Of a DNA stretch of 64,000 bases, positions 41,021 through 51,737 are shown in pieces. A program made the position numbers and the translations under genes. The notes below the pieces were generated by a model, which did not search any database, had not been told where the DNA came from, and saw only the letters and a program-made list of their open reading frames with translations. Location of the stretch: NCBI GenBank assembly GCA_964016885.1, contig OZ024755.1, positions 32,302,001 to 32,366,000 on the forward strand. The letters run 5' to 3'. This DNA comes from Eledone cirrhosa. Taxonomy: Eukaryota. How positions within the stretch are numbered: the stretch's first letter is position 1; every line of letters begins with the position of its first letter.

Positions 41021-41483
41021 AATGGTGTGTATGTGTAGGAGCCATATAAACCATTCCAAAAATGGAACGCTTGAGTGTGACATGGTTTTCTGATTCATTT
41101 AATTTCAAACTGTTTTAACCATTCCAACCAAAGCACACACACACAAAGACATGCACGCGCATACACACACATACACATACACACACACACTCAGTCATTT
41201 AGTACATTGTTAATTGATGCACTCCTCTACATTAGAATTGTGTATCTGAAACTAAGATCATATGTTGATTGGAAGCAGTCTAATCCTTTTACTTTAATAC
41301 ATTGGCATTTACTGCTATCAATTGTGACATTCAAATATCCACAAGAGATTTATAATTACTCACAATTATGTCACCATTTATTAGTCTAACAGTAAGGGAA
41401 ACCATGTAGAATATAACAATAAATATTTAAATATTCAATTTGATATTAGACAGAACAGATCCATGATTTTTCATGTTGACCCT

Positions 41484-42326
41484 TTAACCCTTTAGCATTT
41501 ACATTACTCTATATTTACTATTGTATTTTCATGGTAAAGGCTTTACCTCACATAATATCTCACATAACATTTACATTACTCTATATTTACTATTGTATTT
41601 TCATGGTAAAGGCTTTACCTCACATAATATCTCACATAACATTTACATTACTCTATATTTACTATTGTATTTTCATGGTAAAGGCTTTACCTCACATAAT
41701 ATCTCACATAACATTTACATTACTCTATATTTACTATTGTATTTTCATTGTAAAGGCTTTACCTCACATAATATCTCACATAACATTTACATGTGTGTAT
41801 CATGACTCGTGCACTGTTCATTTTACTGATGATTGTGCATTGCCCTATGTACTGTACATGCACTTTTTTGATGGGTTGTGGTGCACCTGGGCACTGTGCA
41901 CAATATTTCATTATTGTTATTGTTATTATATCATGACTCATACACTGTTTATTTTCCTGACATTTGTACATTATTCTATGTACTATACATGCACCTTTGA
42001 TGAGTTGTAGTGCACCTGAGCACTGTACACAATAATTTCATTATTATATTATTATTATTACTCTATATTTACTATTGTATTTTCATGGTAAAGGCTTTAC
42101 CTCACATAATATCTCACATAACATTTACATTACTCTATATTTACTAATGTATTTTCATTGTAAAGGCTTTACCTCACATAATATCGAGGCTATGAGATTT
42201 CGATATTATTTATTTTGAGAACAATACCTTAATGTCAGTATGAGAAGCCAGTTACAGCTGGTTTTCAGCAGAAAGAGGCGAGACAATTCTGGCCGGATAT
42301 GGCCGGTTTAAATACTAAAGGGTTAA
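41484..42326 (-). mobile_element. TTAA MITE with 72-bp unit expansion and nested LINE 3' fragments
   Basis: TTAA-CCC/GGG-TTAA ends; 72-bp period (41501 to 41573); foreign insert ~41791-42058. Confidence 0.85.
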
Positions 42327-42835
42327 ACACTAGTCTTAGAATGCTAGAAGTGAATCTGTTTTTTCGAAATATTTCAGATAATTTAAGAGGCCACACTCCA
42401 TATAATTAAAAGCACAGAGAGCAAATTCCTCTCTGCTATCTCTTCTGAGCTACAAATCTCCTGCCTTTAATCCTAAGGCAATAGTCATATTATAATTCCT
42501 TAAAATAGATTGTTAAACTGCTGTCGATGATAGAGAAGGAATGCAACTGACTCATAAGTAGTGATTTAGGTGAATGGAAGGGAAACCTAATAATTACTTT
42601 AACCCTTTCATTAATATATTTCTAATGAAATGCATTCTATTCCAATTAATTAATGAAGAATTTTGAGGAATTACTAAAATTATTATTTATTTCATTACCA
42701 AAATAGCAAATTCACATATGGTTCTAATATAAAATCATGTTAGAAGATTTGAATTTAAATAGGGTGGGTGGGTCTCAGCACGAGTCTACTCTGTCATTCC
42801 TTGTTCATTCAGTCAAATAACTGTTTATATATATA

Positions 42836-43084
42836 TCTATATACTACTAAAACTCTGTGATTGTGTGCTTGTCTGTAATTTAATACAGCCGAAACTGTGC
42901 ACAATGGGAAAATACTTTGAAAATACGTTGCCCCTGAAATGGGAATACAAATGGAATAAAACAAGTTTTGCATAAATCGGAGCACGGGTTTCCGAGATAC
43001 AGGGTTTTTCTGGGTACCTTCATAAATAGAGAGAGAGAGAGGGAAAGTGATAGTGTTTGTGAGAGAGTAGATTGAAAGAGAGAC

Positions 43085-43117
<33 letters not shown>

Positions 43118-43236
43118 AAGAAGGAGACAGAGAAGGAAAATGGAAAAGAAAGAGAGAGAGAAGGAGACAGAGAAGGAAAATGGAAGAGAGAGAGAGATGG
43201 TGGTGTTGTTAAACAAACTATGTGTGTATATATATA

Positions 43237-43307
<71 letters not shown>

Positions 43308-43410
43308 GTCTGTGTATATTTTAATTATTTAAAAATTATTTTTAAGTGAACATGATTTAAAAAAAAAAATTTATAAGTGCACATGACCCAATGGGTCACG
43401 GGTGGTCTAG
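42836..43410 (+). mobile_element. Non-autonomous Helitron
   Basis: A|TCTATATACTACTAAAA ... hairpin TGACCC-AAT-GGGTCA, CGGGTGGT, CTAG|T; inserted between A and T with no TSD; internal (GA)n/(TA)n. Confidence 0.72.
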
Positions 43411-44810
43411 TATAATATATGATTTAATTATTGTAAAACTTGTATTTATTGCATTGATGTTTGTAATTAACATGTCCTCGATGCTTCTGTTTAAGGTATG
43501 TTTATTCGGCCTCAATCCTCCTTCTTTGTAAAGTTTCTGGGTAATATTTATTGCCTCTATGTTTGTTAATACCACGTATATCTCTTACCAGATTTACTTT
43601 TGGTGTCACATTGCTTCGACAGATAGGTGGGTCTGTTGCACTATGTCATATTGCCAACCAGCTCTGTCCTCTGTCATTCCTTTGTGAGCTTCAGTTTCTT
43701 GAGATCATTCTTAACAATTTTTACCCATGTCTTCTGCCACAGGTTCTATCCACTCCAAGCACTCAGTATTTTCCCCCTGACACCTACTCTTTTTACACAT
43801 CACATGCCCATACCAATGCAATTGTCTCTCCTGCATTCAACTCTCTATATATGCTCTACTTTTCTCTGAGTTGTTCTCTGTCATTCATGCACACTAACAT
43901 TACACAGCCAGTGAAACTGTCACGACCAGTGGTGGCTTTTTTTTGCGTCTGTGCCAAGTAATGTTGGCTGCCATCAGGTCTTTTTGGAAGGTTCAGCACC
44001 AGGTGATCCTGGGGCAACCCCCGTTTCAGTTTGCCACCAGGTGGAATCCAGTTCATTGGGCAGATGTAAAATATGGCCAGCCAGGCAGCACTGACACTTC
44101 GTGACCACCATCTGCATTCATGGTATATGTTTATATATGGAGGCACATGGCTTAGTGGTTAGAGCATTGGCCTTGCAATCGAAAGGTTGTGAGTTCAATT
44201 CTCAGACTGGGTGATGTGTTGTTTCCTTGAGCAAGGCACTTTATTTCACATTGCTCCAGTTTACTCAGCTGTAGAAATGAGATGATAGGGACTAGGGTCC
44301 CTATCATTCCACTGCAAAGTGGTCGTGGAGGTGCCACGGCAAAAAAAAAAGCACCCAGCACTCACTGTAAATGAGGTTGGTGTTAGGAAGGGCATCCAGC
44401 TGTAGAAATCAAGCCAGAATCAGTTCCCGTCCCACCCTTGCAAGCAGGGAAAAGTGGATGTAAAATGAAATGAAATGAAAAAATATACTAGGGACCTTTA
44501 GAATGTTTCTCCATAGGGCACAAGCCTAGGCAAGGTGTTTTGGGGGAAACTAGCAGTCACCAATGAATGCTAGTCTTCTCTTCTCCAACCACTAATGTTA
44601 TCTGAGGGAAAAACAAAAGCTGACTAAGCTTGGCACCAGTGTGATTGTAACTTATTTCATCCAGTTGAGTGGACTGGAGTAGCATGAAATAAAGTGTTGC
44701 CCAGCCTAGGAATTGAACTCATTACTTTAAAGAAATGAAGCTTTAGAACTTAAATGCAATTTAATTTCATTCTATTGAAATTTAAGCAATGGTAAAAAAT
44801 CAATATTTAC

Positions 44811-44937
44811 CTGTAAGTGTGTATAATTTGACACCTTTCTCATTGGCCTCACTCACCATAAACGGTGGCATCATTTTTGGTGATGGAATGCTTATAGTTT
44901 TATTGTCAGAGTCAAAACCCTCCAAACTATCTATGAT
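44811..44937 (-). CDS. Exon C: IIDSLEGFDSDNKTISIPSPKMMPPFMVSEANEKGVKLYTLT
   Basis: ctcaatttcag|ATCATA...CTTACAG|gtaaat; 127 nt, phase 0 to 1; no stops. Confidence 0.87.
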
Positions 44938-45078
44938 CTGAAATTGAGATGTATTTATAATGTTAAACAAAAGAATAATCAGAAGAAAAATATATATGAA
45001 AGACTTAGGAGATGAATGAAATATAGTTTCTGATTTTTTAACATGACATGAGAAATGTTATGTCCATTCTGTAATCAG

Positions 45079-45511
45079 TTAACACTTTAGCATTTAAAGC
45101 GGGCCATATCTGGCCAGAATTTTCTCAACTCTTTCTGTTTAAACCAACCATAACTGACCACTCATACTTATGTTAAGGTATTGTTCTCAAAATAAATAAT
45201 ATAAAAATCTCATAGATTCGATATTATGTGAAGATAATTATTTGAGATAAATCCTTTACTGTGAAAATATAATTGTTTCTACTTTAGGCACAAGGCCAGC
45301 AATTACCCAGTACATTACTGGTACTTTATTTTATCGACCCCGTAAGGATGAAAGGCAAAGTCAACCTCGGCGGGATTTGACCTCAGATCGTAAAGGGACG
45401 TAACTATGCTAGAAAGCATGGCGTCCGACACTCTACCGATACTGCCAATCCACCGCCCTTTACTGTGAAAATATAATAGTATATATATAGTAATGTAAAT
45501 GTTAAAGGGTT
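45079..45511 (+). mobile_element. TTAA MITE interrupted by a full-length family-A SINE (~45274-45458, minus)
   Basis: Duplication CCTTTACTGTGAAAATATAAT at 45253-45273 and 45457-45477 flanks the SINE. Confidence 0.88.
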
Positions 45512-45874
45512 GATATATACAATGGTTTCTTATATAGACACAAGGCCAGCAATGGTTTTTTTTTGGGGGGGGGGGGGGGGTTGATTAAATCGACCACAGT
45601 GTATGACTGGTACTTTATTTTATCGACCCCGTAAGGATGAAAAGTAAAATTAACCTTGGCGGGATTTGAACTCAGATCATAAAGGGCCGTGACTATGCTG
45701 CAAAGTATGGCGTCTGACCCTCTACCGATACTGCCAATCCACTGCCCTCAAGGTTAATATATATAATGATATCTTTTACTTTCATTTGCACCCTTATCTA
45801 ATCACAAATTTTTCTGTTGTTTTTAGTGATCCCTAACATACACCTTTCTATACTTTCTTGTGTTGTTCTATGTT

Positions 45875-46093
45875 TTAACACTTTAGCATTTAAACCTGCC
45901 ATATTTGGCCAGATTTCTCTCACCTCTTTCTGTTCAAACCGGCCATAACCAGCTGCTTATACTGACTTTAAAGTATTGTTCTCAAAATAGATAATATCAA
46001 AATAGATAATATCAAAATTTTGTAGAATTGATATGTGAGATAAAGCCTTTATTGTGAAAATACAATAGAGTAATGTAAATGCTAAAGAGTTAA
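45875..46093 (+). mobile_element. TTAA MITE copy
   Basis: TTAA flanks, slightly diverged TIRs, typical body. Confidence 0.82.
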
Positions 46094-46454
46094 TGAAATA
46101 TATGGTACAAAAGTTTCTCTAGTTCAGTTGAGATGACTTACTAAACCAGAGCATAATCTGTTGTTTGTTGAATAAGGTAAAGTTTTGTTAATACAATATT
46201 AATGTCTTAAATATCCACAGTGAAAAAGATGAATCTTCTGGTTGTGAATCAAAATGAAAGTTAGTAACTGATCATCAATTGATTGAACATATAACAAAAT
46301 TAGTTTAATTAGTTGGAAGATTTCCAGAGACAATATAGACAATGTGCTAATATATACATAATAATAGAGACATTATATACACATATAATCATATAGAGAA
46401 TGTGCTAATATATACATATATAATAATAGAGACATTATATACACATGTTGTGTT

Positions 46455-47362
46455 CTGGAAAGGAGATTGCGTAGGTATGGACATGTGATGCGTACAAAGG
46501 ATGACAGCTGTATAAAAAAGTGCAGAGCAATGAAAATTGATGGAAGCTACAGAGTGGGTAGACCAAGAAAAACCTGGGACGAGGTGATAAAAACTGACCT
46601 TGCCCACCTTCACCTCTCTAAGACAATGGTCACTGGATCAAGACCTTTGGTGCCATGCAGTTGTACAGAAGACCCGACTACTATTGCATACAAACCTACA
46701 GTCAGTAGGTACCTCTTAACCCAATGTACACCCCACTGCACACACCCTACCCCATCCTGCCTCTCCCGTTCTGTCCACTGTGTCGATGACACAACAGTCC
46801 ACACTGTAAGGTGGCCGTGTAGGAGACACGGTAAAAAGGCTCCCAGTCCACACTGTAAAGTGGTCATGTAGGAGACACGGTAAAAAGGCTCCCAGTCCAC
46901 ACTGTAAAGTGGTCATGTAGGAGACATGGTAAAAAGGCTCCTAGTCCACACTGTAAAGTGGTCATGTAGGAGACACGGTAAAAAGGCTCCCAGTCCACAC
47001 TGTAAAGTGGTCATGTAGGAGACACGGTAAGAAGGCTCCCAGTCCACACTGTAAAGTGGTCATGTAGGAGACATGGTAAAAAGGCTCCTAGTCCACACTG
47101 TAAAGTGGTCATGTAGGAGACACGGTAAAAAGGCTCCCAGTCCACACTGTAATGTGGCCGTGTAGGAAACCCGGTAAAAAGGCTCCCAGTCCACACTGTA
47201 AAAGTGGTTGGTGTTAGGAAGGGCATCCAGCTGTAAAAAACCTGCTAGACATACTTCTGTGCGAGCGAGACAGTCTCCCAACCATTCCCGCATCAAATGG
47301 AACAAACCCGTCTAACTCGTGCTAGAGTGGAAGATGGACATTAAACGATGATGATGATGATA
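46455..47362 (+). mobile_element. Second copy of the composite RTE/VNTR retroposon (~8 units)
   Basis: Same order of parts: YGHVMRTKDDSCIKKC...GRPRKTWDEVIKTDL, linker, 49-bp units, (GAT)n tail. Confidence 0.8.
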
Positions 47363-47406
47363 TAATCAAATAGACAATGTTCTAATATTCAAATATATAT
47401 ACAGAT

Positions 47407-47848
47407 ATTGAGAATTAGAATTGTGCTCTGAAATAGCGATATATATATGTATGTATATATAGTGTATTTTGCAATACACTGTATGCTTAATTAAAATCAT
47501 TTTGAAGACCATACGCTATTGTTTTAAAGTAGCAACATTGTCGTTCACTTAAATTTTCGACAGACAGGGGGGAGATAAGTTGACAGCGCTGTTTCGTACT
47601 GTTTGGTACTTATCAGAACTCACTACTCTCTCCATCTGCCGGAAATTATGTGTGTTGGATTCTTATAGAATTCCAGTAATAATCAGAAACTGATTTTACA
47701 GAGCGGTTGCCGGCCCAGCAAAAATTGAAAATTAGAATTGGCGCTCTGAAATAGCGATATATATATATATGAATGTATATACAGTGTATTTTGCAATACA
47801 CTGTATGCTTCATTAAAAGCATTTCGAAGATCTTACACTATTGTTTTA
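47407..47848 (-). mobile_element. Partial-tandem (~1.4 x 317 bp) hammerhead-containing element, retrozyme/Penelope pLTR-like
   Basis: Direct repeats ~47407-47526 and ~47724-47848 flank a unique segment holding the hammerhead. Confidence 0.6.
47575..47623 (-). ncRNA. Hammerhead ribozyme motif with one core substitution (CTGATAA)
   Basis: Minus strand GTGAGTT-CTGATAA-GTAC(CAAACA)GTAC-GAAA-CAGCGCTG-T-C-AACTTAT; GUC cleavage triplet; 8-nt palindromic helix III. Confidence 0.68.
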
Positions 47849-47879
47849 CAGATATATAATATATAATAATTGAAGGCAT

Positions 47880-48237
47880 TCCATCAGTTATGATGTGTTC
47901 CAGTTGAGCTGATCAACAGAACAGCCTGCTCGTGAAATGAACGTGGAAGTGGCTGAGTATTCCACAAACAAGCATACCCTTGACAATGAGTGTTCCAGTT
48001 GATCCGATCAACAGCATACTCTTAACGTAGTTCTCAGGGAGATTCAGGGAGAAACAGAGTGTGACAAGGCTTCTGGCCCTTCGAATTACAGGTACAACTC
48101 ATTTTTGCCAGCTGAGTGGACTGGAACAACATGAAATAAAGTGTCTTGCTCAAGGACACAGTGCATCGCTGGGAATTGAACTCCCAACCTTACGATTGTG
48201 AGCTGAATTCCCTAACTACAAAGCCACACACCTTCAC
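47880..48237 (-). mobile_element. Family-B-related SINE with a different 3' half (homologues ~4860-5170, ~30460-30778; a further variant at ~44540-44725 and ~56070-56380)
   Basis: Same head/core (GAAATAAAGTGTCTTGCTCAAGGACACA on +) joined to CTTAACGTAGTTCTCAGGGAGA...ACAACTCATTTTTGCCAGCTGAGTGG. Confidence 0.72.
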
Positions 48238-49334
48238 ATATATGATAATTGTTTCTGCTTTTGGCACAAGGCCAGCAATTATCCCAGTGCATTACTGGTA
48301 CTTTATTTTATCGACCCTGTAAGGATGAAAGCAAAGTTAACCTCGGCAGGATTTGAACTTAGACCGTAAAGGGCCTTAACTCTATGCCGCAAAGCAAGGT
48401 GTCTGATGCTCTACCGATATTGCCAATCTACCAAATGAATTATTATGATGCATTTAGTGTAGAACCTGACAGAGATTGAACCATTGACCAGGATCTCCAC
48501 CGTCTCTAATACCTACCACTAGGCCACTGACAAGGTTACACATATATGATAATTGTTTCTACTTTTGGCACAAGGCCAGCAATTATCCCAATGCATTACT
48601 GTTACTTTATTTTATTGAGCCCATAAGGGGCAAAGTTAACCTCATCGGGATTTGAACTCAGATCGTAAAGGGACATAACTCTATGCTGCAAAGCATGGCG
48701 TCCGACCCTCTACTGATATTGTCAATAATAGAGACACAACATACACATATAATCATATAGACTACTTGCTAATATACATATGCATTATAATAGAGATTAT
48801 AATATACAGAGTGCAAATGAAATTTTTTTCTAAGCTAGTATCTTAACTGTAATATTGAAACTACTTTCACCACTGCCACCTACACTTTAACTACGTAATA
48901 ACATTTTTTAAAAACATCTGCAGAGTTCTAAGTACTGCAACACACACACACCACCAACTCTTGAAGTAAAATCTGTATTCTATGTAAGAGGTAGCATGCT
49001 GATTTCTTCACAAAACATAGAATGAAATATAACATTTCTTTCTTTCAATGAACATTTGCACAAGTTGAGAGGAAAAAGGAAGCAAAGATAAAGAATACCA
49101 TAGAATTTCTTTGTTGAGAAAAAGTGGAGAAAGGTTTTGTAATAGCACTAACTACTAATAAGTGGACAATTGTCGAAGAAAGCTTTTAACAACCTTCGTT
49201 TTCAGAAGTTTTTTTTCACCTTCTTTAAACATGTGTTCCAAGTATGAAGAGTTCCCACACGCTTTCAAAATATCTTTTAAGAGTTCACATTTTGTTTCAA
49301 AGTCTGAAGGTTTTTCTCCTAAAACATTGTGTAT

Positions 49335-49402
<68 letters not shown>

Positions 49403-49808
49403 TGTGTGCTGTCACAGAGAGGGTGCTAGTAGGAGATATTTAGATGATTTATTTATGTCTATAAATAATATTGGCATCAAACTAGAATGGTTATTGGAAA
49501 AGAATCAAGAAAAACCTAAATGTAAAACCTTGTATTATCTCACAAAAAAAAAAGTATGGTGAAAATCTGTTATCTTTTTCTATTTTGTAAATGGTATGAA
49601 AGAAAAGCAAGCTATTAGGAAGCTGGTTGTTTTGACCCATCATGTTAACAATATAATTATGACATTAGTAGTAAAGTAATCCTGTTGAGGTGCTAACAAT
49701 TGCAGCCTTCAACTATAGTGAGACTTTACAGCAGATGATGATGATGATACTTATCATTTTAATGTCTGCTTTCCTTGCTAGCAATGATGTCATTGCAAAG
49801 TTGTATTT

Positions 49809-51128
49809 TGAACCTTTTAGTATTTTAACTGGCCGTATCCAGCAAGAATTTTCTCACCTCTTTCTGTTCAAACCGGCCATTGCTGGCCACTCATACTGAA
49901 GTTAAGGTATTGTTCTCAAAATAAATAATATCAAGTCTCATAGATTCGATATTATGTGAGATATTATGTGAGGTAAAGCCTTTACTGTGACAATACAATA
50001 GTATATATATAGAGTAATATAAATGCTATGAAAGATATTATGTGAGAAAATTATGAGGTAAAGCCTTTAACATGAAAATACAATAGTATATATAGAGTAA
50101 TGTAAATGTTATGTGAGATATTATGTGAGATAAAGTCTTTACTGTGAAAATACAATAATAAATATAGTGTAATCTAAATGCTATGTGAGATATTATGTGA
50201 AGTAAAGCCTTTACTGTGACAATACAATAGTATATATAGAGTAATATAAATGCTATGTGAGATATTATGTGAGGTAAAGCCATTATTGTGAAAATACAAT
50301 AGTAAATATAGAGTAATGTAAATGCTATGTGAGATATTATGTGAGAAAATTAGGAGGTAAAGCCTTTAACAGGAAAATACAATAGTAAATATAGAGTAAT
50401 GTAAATGTTATGTGAGATAAAGTCTTTACTGTGAAAATACAATAGTAAATATAGTGTAATGTAAATGCTATGTGAGGTAAAGCCTTTACCATGAAAATAC
50501 AATAGTATATGTAGAGTAATGTAAATGCTATGTGAGATATTATGTGAGGTAAAGCCTTTACCATGAAAATACAATAGTATATGTAGAGTAATGTAAATGC
50601 TAAAGGGTTAAATAATGACAGAGTTTTACTTATATATACATTGTTCTGTTTTGAAATGTTTTCAGTATTTGTATAGATGAGTAAGAGCGCTACTTTTATG
50701 TAATAATTAAAAGTGAAAAACCTATTAAAGTAATTTGGACATTATTTCATTACACTTAAGAGAATAGCCAAGACTAAGAAGAAAACAATGGCTTCAAACC
50801 GTAATGTTTTATGATGTAATAGAGTATTTGTATTTTGTCCAATTTTTGAAGAAGTAGACGAGAGAAATAATGTATTGGTTAAAGAGAAATAGTGAAAATT
50901 TCTTTAGTTTAAAAAAATAATTTGCCAAAAATCTTAACTGGTCCAAGTATTAACCCTTTAGCATTTACATTACTCTATATGTACTATTGTATTTTCACAT
51001 TAAAGACTTAACCCTACATAATTATCTCACATAGCATTTACATTACTCTATATGTACTATTGTATTTTCACATTAAAGACTTAACCCTACATAATTATCT
51101 CACATAATATCGAATCTATGATATTTTG
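49809..51128. mobile_element. Expanded TTAA MITE (49809-50611 +) and inverted partial copy (50950-51128 -)
   Basis: 60/72-bp unit repeated ~9x in the first; the second begins TTAACCCTTTAGCATTTACATT. Confidence 0.82.
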
Positions 51129-51468
51129 AAACCGATATTTGTTAGATTTAGGGATGGTCATGTTGGTAATATTGTAAACACATGCAGACATGACAAACAC
51201 AAAAATACACACACACACACACACAGATGCAGGCACAAACACATGTACAGAAAAAAAAAAAAAAAAAAAAATGCACCACAAAACAAACAAAGACAAGATG
51301 GAGTAGAAGTTTTAGACCAGGAAAAAAGAAGAGGCCCCAAAACAGATAATCATTGAGGAGGTCACAGAACGTGTGATGAAAGAACTTTGATAAACAAATG
51401 AATAACAAGCAATAAAGTGAAAATTATATGGGCAATAAAGATTATTATGTTATTATTATTATACTTAC

Positions 51469-51566
51469 TGCTGACTGAAGTCCTACAATCAAACCATTGT
51501 TGTCATATATAGGCTGTGAGAGAAGATCCTCGGGTCGCCGCCAAAGAAAACCATGATAATGTTTTG
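51469..51566 (-). CDS. Exon B: (T)KHYHGFLWRRPEDLLSQPIYDNNGLIVGLQSA
   Basis: ttctctttgcag|CAAAAC...TCAGCA|gtaagt; 98 nt, phase 1 to 0; no stops. Confidence 0.87.
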
Positions 51567-51707
51567 CTGCAAAGAGAATTTAAAAGAAAACTTCAGAAAT
51601 TTATGAAAATTATATTTAAATGAAAATAATCATTTTAAAGTTACATCCTGTTGTGCTAGAGTACTATGTCCTACCCCCCAATGGCGAGAATGGGCTGGAC
51701 CACTACC

Positions 51708-51716
51708 TATAAATAG
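51708..51716 (+). promoter_or_regulatory. TATA box of the solo LTR
   Basis: TATAAATAG 60 bp from the LTR 5' end and ~30 bp before the first array unit. Confidence 0.5.
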
Positions 51717-51737
51717 TAGCGGCCTGAGTAAGTGGGC

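Noticed and set aside
40034-41108. His-rich 354/341-aa ORFs (resembling cephalopod beak His-rich proteins)
   Set aside because: Pure (CA)n-based compound repeat open in several frames; no signal peptide, Gly-rich motifs or splice context.
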